DNA of 64,000 bases from Octopus sinensis (lineage: Eukaryota), in assembly GCF_006345805.1 (NCBI RefSeq), contig NC_043006.1:20398001-20462000 (forward strand), written 5' to 3'. Shown piece by piece: positions 12,774 through 26,959 of this stretch. Position 1 is the first letter of the stretch, and each line of letters starts with the position of its first letter. The notes beneath the pieces were generated by a model. The model did no database searches. It was not told where the DNA came from and worked only from the letters and a program-made list of their open reading frames with translations. The position numbers and the translations under genes were made by a program.

Positions 12774-13046
12774 ATGTGTGTGTTTGTGTATTTGTGTTTG
12801 TCCTCCCCAATGTCGCTTGACAACCGATGCTGGTTTGTTTACGTCTCTGAAACTTAGTGGTTCGGCAAAAGAGACCGATAGAATAAGTACTAGGCTTACA
12901 AAGAATAAGTCCTGGGGTTGATTTGTCTCGACTAAAGGCAGTGCTCCAGCATGGATGCAGTCAAATGACTGAAGCGAGTAAAAGAGCAAATGAGTAAAGC
13001 GTAATGAAATCTTGAGTGGATATATCTGATTTCCACAGTAAAAGGA
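12408..13046. mobile_element. TTAA-flanked MITE with a nested 5'-truncated SINE A (about 12620-12990, +)
   Basis: ttaa|ccctttc ... aaagga|ttaa; SINE A body and tail inside. Confidence 0.65.
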
Positions 13047-13566
13047 TTAAGCTAGCATTTGAAACATAAATTAGCAAGAAATTCTAAAAGAAGGTTTCAA
13101 TTTAGGTCACTTTAAAACAGGAAGCATGTAATGGAAAACCTAGAGATGTCTCAGGTGGGTTCGTATGAAAGAAGATTGAAGGTTTTGAAAAGCTAATTTT
13201 AATTTTCAGAGTTTAACAAACAACTTGATTTGAGACTATTCATGGAAAGTGAAGTAGCTATGGCTAGAGGTGTCTAGCCATTTAATAACACAGAAAACTG
13301 TTAAATTCACTTTAAAAAATGTTAATTCATTTTATGTGAGATATTTGGTTTTTTTTTGTTTTTTTTCCTTTTTACTAATTTCTTTCATTTGACTGAAACC
13401 ATGCTGGCATACTGACTTGAAAGGTTTTAATGGAACAAATTGCCCCCAGTACCTAGGTCTTCTTTTTTTTTTCTAATTCTGGGTATTTATTCTATCACTT
13501 CCTTTTGCCAAAATACCAAGTTACAGACGTTAAAAAAACCAGCATCAATTGTCAAGTGAGGGGACA

Positions 13567-13607
<41 letters not shown>

Positions 13608-14088
13608 GACAGTTTCTTTCAGCTTGTCAACCAAATCCACTGACAAGATTTGTTGGCTCTGGATTATAGTATAAAACTCCTGCCCAAGGCATTATTTCTA
13701 CAGCCTGATGCCTTTCCTAAAGCCAACCAGTTCACAGCATGTGATGTGTACTTTTTCATAGCACCAGCCCCAGTGAGGTTGCCAAGCAGCTTGAAAGAAT
13801 ACAAACCCCAACAAGAGTGATTTCATAGGAGAGGAGACCCTCTTTTCCAGTATTCTGTGAAGACCTGCCTAGTTACAGGGAAATATTACCTTGCTTGGAA
13901 TACAGATGAAGGTTGGCAACAGACAGGCCATCTCTAGCTGTAGAAAAGTGGATGTTTGCTAACCAACTACATGGTTTTGGGTTCAGTCCCACAGTGTGGC
14001 ACCTCGGGCAAGTGTCTTCTACTATAGCCTCAGGTCGACCAAAGCCTTGTGAGTGGATTTGGTAGATGGAAACTGAAAGAAGTCCATC

Positions 14089-14139
<51 letters not shown>

Positions 14140-14143
<4 letters not shown>

Positions 14144-14450
14144 GAGGCACAATGGCCCAGTGGTTAGGGCAGCAGATTCGCAGTCATAGGATTGCAGTTT
14201 CAATTCCCATACTGGGTGTTGTGAGTGCCTATTGAGCAAAATCACCTAAAGCTCCACGAGGCTCTGGCAGGGGGTGGTGGCAATCCCTGCTGTACTCTTT
14301 CGCCACAACTTTCTCTCACTCTTTCTTCTGTTGGCCTACTCGATTAGCCAGCGGAGTGCCGTCATTTGAAGGCTAAAACAATGTGAAGCGCATTGTGACT
14401 AGCGATGTGCAGCAACGTCTGATAGCCTGGTCGGTACCGGTCATGGTGAT
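14140..14450 (+). mobile_element. SINE family B (GGAGGCGCAATGGCCCAGTGG head), tail type b
   Basis: tRNA-like A/B boxes, body ...ccacaactttctctcactc, tail ...gatagcctggtcgg..gtgatatata; sits in a (TA)n tract. Confidence 0.85.
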
Positions 14451-15924
14451 ATATATATATGGAAAGAGAGAGTACTTGAAGACAGAAAGTAGACTGATGG
14501 AAACAGTGTGGATAGGAGAAGAAATGCTGAAGTAATAATTCTAAGAAATTTAGAATATTTGGTAAAAAAAATAAAAAAATACAACATAATCCTTCATCTA
14601 AATCTAATGATTCAATCATTCAGAACTGGGTGTGTGTTTAGTGGGGAATAGCTAGTCACTAAAATACTTTCACATCATGTTTAACTTATTTGCATTCATT
14701 GCATGAGCTGTGAATATAGGGCGTCTATGTGGTCGCTAAACCTGTTAGAAATAGCAGCAAAATTTCCCTCAAGTCATCACCTTTTCCAACCAGTTATTGT
14801 CTTCATAAAGGATACATTGAATAATATGATCCAAGTTTCATTGCACAGATGAAAACAATGGGATGATCATGGTAGGAAAGTCTTTTGGTTATAGGTCAGC
14901 TTGATCAAGCCTGACCCGGAGCTAAACAACAAAAACAACAGCATAATACAATGTCTTATACATAAGATTCTATTCATGTTCTCCATTATAATATTCAGCA
15001 CATACTATTTCTGTACCAGATATTGAGGCTTGTGGTTTAGGAGAGGTGGTCATGGTAAATAGATCACTAAAGAAAACAGGTCTTATTGCTATGCAATGAA
15101 TGCAACACCAGAAGAATTTAAGTGAAATTTTTCAAGAACAATGGACTGGCATTTTAATTCCTCAGCCATTAACATTTCATAATGGTACTTTGCTCCACCA
15201 TTGTGTGTGTGAGAGAGAGAGAGAGAAAGAGAAAGTGTGTGCATATGTATGCATGCATGCATGCATAGATGTATGTATCTATGAATGTGTTTGTATGTAT
15301 ATCTATGCATTTTTGTGTATTTATGTATGCTTGGATATATACATGTATGCGCATTTGTGTGTGTGTCTGTATGCATGTAAATATAAATATATATATATAT
15401 ACATACATACATTCATGGATGTGTGTATATATCTGTGCACTCATGCATATATATGTATGGTTTGTATGTATGTATGTATGCTTGTATATATGCGTGCATG
15501 CATATCAACATGAAGCTCCAAGGAAACTTTTCAACAGCAAGATAAGACTACCACTAAACTTTGGGTTTATGAATAGGAATAATTAGAGAAACTTTGAGAT
15601 TAATGATAAAGACTTTTTTGAAGTTGCAATTAATGAAACATTAAGAATGAATAGGTGGATCAATATTTTGAATTTCACTGTTCAGCTTGCATGTGAAGAT
15701 TTATTGTTTTCTACTCTAGGCACAAGGCCCGAAATTTTTGGGGAGGGGACCAGTCGATTAGATCAACCCCAGTATGCAACTGGTACTTAATTTATCGAGG
15801 CCGAAAGGATGAAAGGTGGAATTTGAACTCAGAACGTAAAGATAGATGAAACACCACTAAGCATTTCGCCCGGTGTGCTAACGTTTCTGCCAGCTTGCTG
15901 CCAAATATACAGTACAATACTGTT

Positions 15925-16157
15925 TCTTATTTCTTTATTACCCACTAGGGGCTAAACATAGAGGGGACAAAGAAGGACAGACAAAGGGATTAAGTCGACT
16001 ACATCGACCGCAGTGCATAACTGGTACTTTATTTATCGACCCCGAAAAGATGTAAGGCAAAGTCGACCTCGGTGGAATTTGAACTCAGAACGTAATAGCA
16101 AACGAAATACCGCTAAGCATTTCGTCTGGCATGCTAACGTTTCTGCCAGCTTGCCAC
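15925..16157 (-). mobile_element. SINE family C, young-type copy
   Basis: Reverse complement of ggcggcgagctggcagaaacgttagcac...gttcaaattcc...gaggtcgactttgcc...gtaaagaaata. An older copy is adjacent at about 15710-15900. Confidence 0.85.
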
Positions 16158-16446
16158 CTTGCATGCGATGATTTATTAATAGTGTGGCAGACATAGGCAT
16201 GCATCAGCAAATAATTCATTTGTTGATTTCTATAAGTAAGATTCATCACCCATTTAGGTTCATTGACCCAGGAGTGACTTAATCGAGGAGGTTGAAACAC
16301 CACAGTATCTCAAAGTCCCCATATGTCAGTGAAACAAGTGTTTGTATCAAGAACGGGCAACCGTTTTGAGAAGCAGGCCTCATGAGACACGGCTCATCAA
16401 CAGGCAGGCCACACTTCTAAAAAGATTCAAAGTAATTTTGCATTAA

Positions 16447-16665
16447 CCCTTTAGTATTTAAACCGGCCATATCCGGCCAAAATAGTTAATCTGTTTTATG
16501 TTCAAACTGACCAGATCCAGGCTCTCACACCTACCCTACAATGTTATTCTACATTAAGTAATTATACCATCAAGATCTTGAAGATATGAGATAATGCATA
16601 ATTAATTCAAATCAATGGGAATCAACAGGCATTATGTTTGATTGAATAATCTGAACACGAAAGGG
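16447..16665. mobile_element. piggyBac-like MITE, same family as 9448-9668
   Basis: TTAA 16443-46 and 16666-69, CCCTTT/AAAGGG ends, shared aaaccggccatatccggcc. Confidence 0.85.
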
Positions 16666-18718
16666 TTAAGTTATGCCATTCAGAAAGTCCTGTGGTCTGC
16701 AGTCTATCCATAACTAGTGTAGATGGTTATGATGGTGGTAGTGGTGGTGATGGTGTAGGTGTTGGTAGCAGTGGCTTTGATGGTGGTGATGGTGCTGGCT
16801 TAGATGATGGTGGTGGTGGCGGCGGTTTGAGTTGGTGATGTGCTGCTTGTGTAGATCAGGCATGTGCAACCGTTTTCAAGGTTGCAGTTTATATCCTGAC
16901 TTTTCCAAGATCCTTAGTGATAGAAATGAAGTGATACAGCTTCAAGAAGGAACAGATAAACTGGACTGCTAATTCAAACAAAACAGAGACAGAACTTACC
17001 ACAAACACATTTAATGGGTTTATAAATATATATATATATCCATTCCTTTGTTTTAAAGAAAATTTATACACCCCATTTCACTTAAGATCAGTGTTTCTTA
17101 ACACGTGCAGTAGTGCTCCCTTGGAAGTGTCACCAGTTCACAAGAGGGACAGCAAATCAAAAGGGCACAAAGGAAGCACTGAGTGTTTAGAGGGGCTGTG
17201 ATTTTTCTGAGAAATAAAATATTTAAACCAAGTACAATACACAGATCTTATACACATTTTCAGAAAAATCTTTATTGGGATTAAAAAAACGAATGTAACA
17301 TTTTGTTATCAGTGATCAGTAAACATAAATGATGATGAGGCAAATTCCACTATAATTTCATTATGTACATCCTCACCTTCTTCAACATTTTCCATAAAAA
17401 TTTAACACTGGGTACACTAGGTCAGACAAATATCTAAAATGAGGTACATGCTGGGTTTGGAAGGAATAAGATAATATGAATAGACCATTGTGCAAAATCA
17501 GCTTCTGTTTAATTCTTATTTCATTTTTTATTTTTGTAAAACATGATTCAGTGAAAGGGACCACAAGATATGAAGGGTGAGGAATCACAGTCCCTTTAGA
17601 CTAGTGATTCTCAACCAGGGTCCATAAATGATTTTTGGGAGGGTTCATGCAGGCAAAGTAGAAAATTGGGCATCCACAGTAGTATTTTACTGGTCCATGA
17701 AAAATTTTGCTTTTATATGTATTTATTGCAATAGACAGCTAGGTTTCTTTTTCAAATGTTTTACATCTTATTTAATAATAATAAAAATAATAATAATAAT
17801 AATGATGATGATAATAATAATAATCCTTTCTACTCAAGGCACAAGGCCTGAAATTTGGAAGGAGAGGACAAATAAATTGCTTTGGCCACACTACTCAACT
17901 AGTGCTTATTTTATCGACCCCAAAAAGGATGAAATGCAAATTTGACCTTGGTAGCTTTTGAACTTAGAATTTAAAGCTGAAGGAAATGCTGTGAAGTGTG
18001 TGCTAACAATCTGCCCCCTTAAAAAAAAAAATAATAATAATAATTCTTTCTACTATAAGTACAAGGCCTGAAATTTTGGGAGATGGGTGGGGGCTAGTCA
18101 ATTACATCAACTTCAGTGCTAAATTGGTACTTATTTTATCCACTCTGAAAGGATGAAAGGCAAAGTTAACTTCGGTGGAATTTGAACTCAGAATATAAGG
18201 ATGAACAAAATGCCGCTAAGCATTTTGCCCAGTCTGCTAATGATTCTGCCAGCTCACTGCCTTAATAATAATAGTTTGTTATTTCTATAACTAAACTCTG
18301 CATTATGGCCATAAAATTACACATAAAAGTGAATTGGAACTGCAAAAGGAAGGCGAGAAGTAAAAGAATTGGACTGGATTACGAAGAATGGGGTGGGTAG
18401 TGAGGAATGAGAGTAGCAGAGGGTCATAAAAGAGAGAGAGAGAGAGAGGAGAATAAGGAAAAAAAGAAACCTAAAGTGGAATGGTGCATAATTCTTACTT
18501 ACGAGGAGGCCTGAATGCTAAAAATACAAAGAAAGGAAGAATCTTGTGAAATATATTGATTACAATCTTCGTTTTTTGGAAGACAAAAGAGAGAAATAAT
18601 TTAAGATGTAGGGGAAGATAAAAAGAATGCACGTGTTAAATGTTAAGAGATATTCGGTAACATGTAAGAAAGATATATATATATAAAATAATAATAATAA
18701 TGATAATAATAATAATAA

Positions 18719-18757
<39 letters not shown>

Positions 18758-18774
18758 TGATGATTGCTACAGCA

Positions 18775-19225
18775 AATATTCTGCTCAATACCACAGATTT
18801 GCTTGTCAGTTGTTTGACCTTAACCAGTTGAGCATGTCCCTTAGTGGCTGACGATATGTGCATCTCTGATCACGAACAGAAGTAGTGGGGGAGCATCATA
18901 GCCATGTGTTGAGAAGGATTCTTTGGGGTTTGAATAATTCACCTCTGGAAACATGGGTGTTTCGTTCAACGTCCTTAAATAACCCTTATTCAGGGACCTT
19001 TTGAGCGGGATGGGTTACTCAATCTGAAGAAAATTCTAACTGGGCTCCACCTGCAAGGTCATGTGCTGTTTATCTTGATATGAGATCACCATGTCGCGCA
19101 CATATGGTTGTGATGCATGTGCCTGGTGTACCCTTATCAGACGGGTAGTCATGATGGGTATATTGGGCTTCGTATATTTTACCCCAGTGTCACTTTGATG
19201 GCATGCACTGCTCTCTCACTCAATA
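18775..19225 (+). mobile_element. Non-autonomous retroelement with (AAT)n tail embedded in (AAT)n microsatellite
   Basis: (AAT)n on both sides; a partial inverted copy lies at about 20595-20755. Confidence 0.7.
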
Positions 19226-19502
19226 ATAATAATAATAATAATAATAATTGGTTCAAATTTGGTACAAAGTCAACAATTTTAGGGTGAGAGGATAAGTTAA
19301 TTACCCTAGTGCTTAACTGGCACTTATTTTATCTACCCTGGAAAGCTAAAAGACAAAGTCAACCTTGATGGAATTTGAACTTAGAATGTAAGAAACCAAA
19401 AGAATTGCCACTTAGCATTCTGTCCAATGACCTAATGATTCTGCCAGCAACAGCAACAACAATAATAATAATAAAAAAAAAAATAATAAGCTGCAACATA
19501 AC

Positions 19503-19817
19503 CAATCAGATATCACTCTCCTATGGTAAGTGTCCAAAGAATGGAGCTTCATCAATGTAGCTATACCTGCAGGCTAGAATATTGCAATGATGGAGAATGA
19601 GAAAATCCTGAAGTACCAAGACCTAGCATTGGAAGTGAAATGTGTCCATAGAGCTTCAGAAGTGAGTGCAGCACTTATTGTGATCAGTGCACATGTCATC
19701 ATCTCAAAGAAAGCAATATACTGGCATCAAATGCTGCAAATACCAAACTTCATAAGCAGTACTCAGTTGGCAGTAATACTTGGAACAGTGCAATTGAGAA
19801 AAATATTGCATCTTTAA
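19503..19817 (+). mobile_element. R4/Dong-type non-LTR retrotransposon, C-terminal restriction-like endonuclease remnant
   Basis: QSDITLLW*VSKEWSFINVAIPAG*NIAMMENEKILKYQDLALEVK...LIVISAHVII...QLAVILGTVQLRKIL* fits the RLE pattern PDI..D...IID.AVP.D.N....EKI.KYQDLA...GALG...LGTA.ILRKVL. Confidence 0.8.
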
Positions 19818-22622
19818 GCTGTGGAATGGAGCTGAAATGTGATATAGATAACTCAAATCTATGATACATGAAAAGTCAGTTTGAATCTTGTTTGCTTGCT
19901 TGCAATGTTACCCAGCCAAACTGCCGCATAATGGGAAAAATACTATGAATTAAGTTTACCTTGAAATGTGAAAACGAACAGAATAAAACAAGGTTCATGT
20001 AAATTGGACAAATAGTTTATGGGATATTAGAGGTTTTCGGGTATAAATACCCGAAACAGTGCATAATGGAAAATTATTCTGAAAATAATGTTAATCCTGA
20101 AAGGCAAGAAATAGCAGCTAAATCTTTCCTTTTCTGGGGAAAGAGCCGTATGTGAAATAACCTGGAAAAGAAAAAAAAAACCCACGAAGCAAAACGCCAT
20201 TGCTGGGAAACTCAGAGTTGTTTGTTTTTTTTTGCTTTTTCCATGCTAACATGGGTTGGATAAAAACTGATATGAGGTAGTATTTTCTGGCTAGATTTCC
20301 AAAGTAAAGGATATTTATATTTTGTCACCATTGGTCTTCAAAAGCACTGAGCAGCACATACATACATACATACATATGCACGCATACACAAAACAGGCAT
20401 CCATACAGTTTCTGTCTAACAATTCCACTCCTAAGAAATCAGTCTTTAAGAGGTTAATGTAGAAGACACTTGCTCAAGATGTCATATAATGGGATCTAAC
20501 AAAAAACCCCAAATGGTCAGGAAACAACCATAAAGCCATGCCTGCTCCAACATGTGCATGTATCTGCATTCTAAGATTAATGTAAACTGACTTACATATG
20601 AAGGTCGAGTAGCCCATCCCGCTCAAAAGGTCCCTGAATAAGGATTGTTTAAGGATGTTGATCGAACCACCCATGTTTCCAAAGGTGAATTATCCAAACC
20701 TCCAAGAGTTCCTTTCAACACATAGCTATGATGCTCCCCCACTACTTCTGCTCGTATAATAATAATAATAATAATAATATAATAATAATAATTATTATTA
20801 TTATTCAAACCCAGTAAATGTTTTGCACTGAAATACATTCTTCTTGTACTTGCGAAATATCTATTCATGTATCTATCCATCTATATATATATATCTACCT
20901 ACCAATATACACATACACACATAGACACACATATTCATTAAGAACTAGCAAAGAATGTGATTAATTTAAGCTTTGTGCAATGCTAACTGTTTCCGCTTGG
21001 CTTACAGATAATACAATAAAATAACCTCATTTAAAATACAGAAGCAGAGAGAACTTCTAACTAAAGCAGCCTATTCTTATCGCATTCTCAAAAAAGCTCT
21101 AGAATAGCCAGCAGGTTCTAGAAGTTTTCATGCCAACCCCCTTTTTCTGGTATCATCTTCTAATTATTTTTATCTGGAACAATATTCTGGTGGCCAAACA
21201 TTTCACTTAAAAATAAACTGGCCGGTGGCATGATACTTGATAAATTACTTGAATCTTGGCCATTTATTTTTATCACTTTTATATAAAATTCACATAGCAA
21301 CTGACACTGGAGTTGCTGTCTCACAGAGAATGGTGGGAGTGTGGGGAGGTGGGGCGGGCGGGCAAGCAGGAGAAATCAATATGTGATCAAAACAATTTTA
21401 TTATAGAACATCAAAATCCAATGGTACTGAACCAGTTATGGAGAAGATAAAAAAAAAAAAAAATCTCTACTATGACAATTTTCTATAGAAAGGTGCTACG
21501 CTAAAACAACAGCGTAGGCAGAGGCATGACTGCGTGGATAAAGAGTACACTTTGTTACCAAGGGGTCATGACTTCTAGTTCATTGCATGGTACCTTGGGC
21601 AAGCATTGTCTACACATAGCCTCTGACCAACCAATTGAGAGTGAAATTGGCGGGCAGAAACGTTAGCACGCTGGGCAAAATGCTTAAACGAAATTGAATC
21701 AAAATCTTTTATGAAAATTTCATATGAATTTATGTACCCAATACATGCTTAATAAGAACCATGTTATTTTACTAAGTTTTTCATTATTTTCAAAATGAAT
21801 TCAAAGTCAATGTCTTCCAGCAGAATATGGTAAGGAAAAGGTGGAACTTGATGACCCAGTAGAGCTAATCTCAATAAAAAGTTATTTAACCAAGTAAAAT
21901 CTTGGTTAACAGTGTTTAACAGTGATAATAAGAATCTGCTTCAAAGGCTTTCAGTAGAGCTGAACTACACTAAGTCAGAGCTTCTCATTTCACGGAAATT
22001 AGAATTACCATCATCAAAATGATTGATTCTGTACAGAGATATATATGAAAGAGAAAGATGGAGAGGAAAAGAGAAGTAGAGAGAGAAAGAGAGAAAGGAA
22101 GTGAAGAGGATTTAAAGTATACAGTCTTGTAAGATATAGCCTAACATTCTTGGCAAGACACCATGGTGATCAGAATGCCCGATTTCTAATTTCATTAGAT
22201 GTTGTCAGACTCTTGTCAACAAAATAGTGGAGGTTGATTAATCTGGAATCAGAACTACATAAATAATGATGGTATAAATTATTGAGGGCTTAAACTGATT
22301 TACATATGAGAGAAGTGTTTTTATTGAGAACTTGGCGTACAGCCCTAAAGATTCAGTATGCAACAAAACTGTGTGTCAGTGTGTCTCATGTTTTGGCTGT
22401 GTGGTTAAAAAGTTTGCTTTCAAACCACGTGGTTTCGAGGCATTTTTGAAGATGAGTGGAATAAAAACTCCTTTACTTGAAAAATAGGAAAGAGTTAGTG
22501 ACAGAAATGCATCTGGCTATAAAACGATAGCCAAATGGTTGTTGAAATGATGATGATGTCTGTCAGTAAAGTGTTGTTTTTTACTCATTTCATCATTAGA
22601 AGCCTTATATAGTATAGGAGCA

Positions 22623-22998
22623 CTCCGTCAGTTGTGACGATGAGGGTCCCTGCTGATACGATCAACGGAACAGCTTGCTCGTGATATTAACGTGCAAGTG
22701 GCTGAGCACTCCACAGACATGTGTACCCTTAACGTAGTTCTCGGGGAGATTCAGCGTGACACAGAGAGTGTGACAAGGCTGGCCCTTTGAAATACAGGTA
22801 CAAGAGAAACAGGAAGAAAGAGCGAGAGAAAGTTGTGGTGAAAGAGCACAGCAGGGATCACCACCATCCCTGCCGGAGCCTCGTGGAGCTTTTAGGTGTT
22901 TTCGCTCAATAAACACTCACAACGCCCGGTCTGGGAATCGAAAGCGCGATCCTCCGACCGCGAGTCCGCTGCCCTAACCACTGGGCCATTGCGTCTCC
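22623..22998 (-). mobile_element. SINE family B, tail type a, near full length
   Basis: Head aggagacgcaatggcccagtggttagggcagcggactcgcggtcggagg on the minus strand; tail ...gggccagccttgtcacac...gacggagtgc. Confidence 0.85.
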
Positions 22999-23727
22999 TT
23001 ATACAATTTACACCCATGTAATTAGCTAAGTAAATTAGCCAAGGCAAAGGGAGATAAATTACTTCTAATGCCCAAAGAAACTAAAATATCCTTACAGGTT
23101 TAAGATGTAGACAACAATGAAGTAGACAACACAAAATATATGAATTAAAAAATACATGTATTGTTTAGTCAGGAAACAAAACCTAAGGGTTAGCAACAGG
23201 AAAGGCACCCAATTGTAGAAAATCAGCTTCAATCTAACCAATGCAAGCATGGAAAAATGAATATTAAAACATTGATGATTATAATAGTTTCATAAGGTCC
23301 TGATAGACTGAAGGGGCCACGATTAAGATAAGGGGACATTTCTTGAGTTTGAATAGATTCATGTAAAACTTTGCATAAATGTGCCATGGCAGCATGTGGA
23401 AATAGTGACATGGGGGGAAAATGGGCCCAGAATATTGCTATTTTTAATGAAATGCACGAATGTCACACATTCATTCAGCTTTCACTAAAAATCTCCAGAA
23501 TTTGCCTATATTAGGAATACATATGACTATATTAGGAATACACACATATTCTCTCTCTCTCTCTCATACATATACACACGTGTATCATATGCATGCACAC
23601 ATATCTGATGTGCATACATTCCATAAATAAACTATGTTATGAATGTTACACAAATACATACTAGCAACACAAAATTCATTTCATACGATCATGCACAAAG
23701 ACACACACACAAACAGAGATGCTTAAA

Positions 23728-23789
<62 letters not shown>

Positions 23790-24974
23790 AAGGGAGGGAG
23801 AGGGAAAAAGTAAGAGAAAGGGAGAGAAGGAGAAGTAAAGTTGAAAGCTGGTTTTGAGAAATGTATAAATCCTTTTCTTTCTCTCTATCTATCTACCTAC
23901 CTAACTACACACACACACACACACACACACATAGTAAGAGAGAGAGGGAGAGAGAGAGAGGGAGGGAGAGAGAGAGAGAGAGCAGTGTGTGTGTACATAT
24001 AATCTTGTATCCTATACAGGTTTCATTTAATAATGATCGTTGCAATATAGTTTCTACCTCATCTCCACAACAGTTCTATCTCTGAAAGATAAGAGAATTT
24101 AGAAGCTTATTTCCTGCTGGCTTCTCAGGTTAGTTCTAGCAATGTGTGTGTGTGTATGCATGAGTGAGTGCATGCATGTGTGTGTGTGTGTGTGTGTGTG
24201 TGCATGTGTGTGTAAAGTACCAACTTGTCTAAACATGTCTACGTGTTTATGCTTATACACATTCATCTGTGTCTTATTTATGTATATGAAAACTGTTTGT
24301 ATGTTTGTATATATGTATGCACCTGTTTATGTCTGGGTGTGTATGCATGTATGTATGTTTACATTCTGTCCACACACAAATTGACCGTGAAGAGTCTAGA
24401 ATGCATTTCCTAATAACATAAATCTATAAAATGGCTCCAAATTCACACACAGACACACACAAACATGTGTGTATAAGTGAGAGAGAGAGAGTTAATTTGT
24501 GAGGGAGCATGGTGGTTGAGCTTTTATTTATACGAGTTGTACGAATAAATGCATATATCCCTCTCTCTTTCGGAGAGGCACTGAGCAGCTATACGCACAC
24601 ATACACACACGGCAGTAACCTCCACCTACCGAATTCAATCACAAAGCTCCGGTCGGCTCAGGACTATAGTGGAAGACACCTACCCAAAGTGCCACGCAGT
24701 GGGACTGAACCCGAAACCATATAGCTAGGAAGCAAGCTCCCTAACCACACAGCCATACATGTGTGAAATGCATGTGAGCATGCATAGATGTGCATTTGTA
24801 TGAGTGAACATATGAATGCATGTGTGTGTTTTTAAGTAATCATACTGAAAGGTAATAACAAATAACAGAGTAAATGGTGAGCTGTGTCATTCATGCCTTT
24901 CCCAAACATTGGCATATTCTCAAGTAAGAAACAAAGAGTAGGCTGTGGACTTAAGTTTTAATTCATCATATTAA

Positions 24975-25186
24975 CCCTTTCATTACTGAAACCGGCTCTG
25001 GCTCTGTAGTACAAATGTCTTGTTTTCATAAGTTCTGAATTAAAATCTTCCACCAAACCTTAGTCACAATTTATGCTCCGAAAACTAGCTTAATCATAAC
25101 TAAGTTATTTTACTAAATTCTGTGTCATATTTAAAGTAATTGAAAGAAACACGGAGCATCTCAACAAAAATACAGTAACGAAAGGG
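24975..25186. mobile_element. piggyBac-like MITE, second family
   Basis: TTAA|CCCTTT...AAAGGG|TTAA with a different interior. A further MITE (about 25195-25617) with a nested SINE C (about 25270-25490) follows directly. Confidence 0.75.
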
Positions 25187-26959
25187 TTAAGAATCAACCT
25201 TTTTGTTATCATATCGAAGTGGATATACACTGCTTTTGTTTCAATTAATGTCATCGTTAAATTGGTATAGGGTAGTGAGCTGGTAGAACCGTTAAGACAC
25301 CAGGCAAAATACTTAGCAGCATTTTATCTGGCTTAATGTTCTGAGTTCAAATTCCGTCGAGGTTGACTCTACCTTCCATCCTTTCGGGGTTGATAAAATA
25401 AGTACCAATTGAGTACTGGGGGGAAATGTAATTGAGTTATCCCCACTGCCCACCAAAGTGCTGGCCTTGTGCCAAATTTGGAAACCATTATTAAATAGGT
25501 ACTTGTAGCAAAGACTAACATGAAATTTTGATGGATGACTAATTTAGATCACTTCAAAACAGGAAATAAGTATCTGCAATGATACAGGCATTCACAGGCC
25601 GTTTATTATTGAAAGGGTTAAAACGTTGTTTCAATCTTGCAAAAATTACTCAGAGTAGCCCAAAATACATCTTTAGTATCAGATCTAAAAAAAAAAAGTA
25701 TTTGTGGAGTAGCTCAAATGGTAAAACAACAGATCAAATGTCATGTTGTATTTAATTAGTGATTAGCTTTTTACATCCTCAGTTCAAATCAAGCCACGAT
25801 CAACTTTATACTTTATCTTACAAGGGGGTTAATTAAGTAAATACAAATTTCGGTTTAATCAATACTTCTAATTAAATGCTGCTAATATCTAAAACCAAGT
25901 CTTTAAAAAGATCAATGCTATTAATAATTAGTGGATAAGACAGTGCAAGAGGTAAGTCTATGTGTGTGCAATATTGTTTTAATTACTTGAGGAAGACGTT
26001 CAATATATTTAAATTGTTAAAGCTTTTGACAGACGCATGATCATCACAAAGCCTCCTTAACTCTCCTTTTAAATCTGAATTTCTTTTTTTTTATTTTTGT
26101 GTGTGTGTATCTGAATAATGAAAATGTACATGTTTCATACAATAGATAAAAATGTAAGATAAAAAGTGTAAGGCTAGTATTTGAAAAATAAAATTGTTTC
26201 ACATAGTAGACATACATTTATCATCCTATATGTACCCTTTTTATGTACCCTTTTTTTTTTTATTGCTATTTTCGGATTTCCCTTCTTTCTCCAAGGCTAT
26301 AGAAATGTGGAAGGAAAAGAAAAGCGGCTATGCTGAGTGGGAGAAAGAGAGTGTGTGGTTACAAAGCATAGAAATGTGGATTAGAAAGAGGGAGAGAGCC
26401 AGCAGTTAGCCAGCAAGTGAGACGAGCAGTCATGGAAGCAGAACAGTGAAGAGAAAATGGAGTATGGTTTGATGCAGAAGGATTAAAAATGAATAAAAGG
26501 AGATAGAAATAAACCCTGCTACTTGTTACAATTACTATTATAACTTACATTGATCACAATTTGCGGATTGTATAGTTAGATAAACTGACTCCAGTCCTTT
26601 GCTGGTACCTATTCTATATAGACATCAAGGAGATTTGAACACAAATCAAAAACAGACAACCAAATACAGATGCCATGCTAAAATAACCTCAGGTTATAAT
26701 TGTAGCAAGTTGGTGCACCTGAATTAAGACCAAATAGTGAACACATGACACTGATGGACCCATCCCTAACTGCCTAGATTACATGATATGCAAAAGGCAG
26801 AACCATATCAGACAGAAAGTGAAAACAACTGTGAGAAATTGCAAATACAACATCTAAGGATTGTTGTTCGGTTTTGGAGTTCACTAACAAGGACCAATGG
26901 GAAAACTAATCAGAAAACCAACAACAAAATGATGATGATAATAATAATAATAATAATAA

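Noticed and set aside
16720-16850. His-rich or Pro-rich or Gly-rich ORF (under 50 aa)
   Set aside because: Degenerate (GGT/GAT)n repeat with no convincing splice sites.
17085-17700. hAT-like termini (cagtgtttcttaac, tagtgattctcaacc)
   Set aside because: No paired TIR or 8-bp TSD could be established by eye.
21095-21135. Heat-shock element-like TTCTAGAA
   Set aside because: Only two good nGAAn units; the third is imperfect, which is expected by chance in AT-rich DNA.
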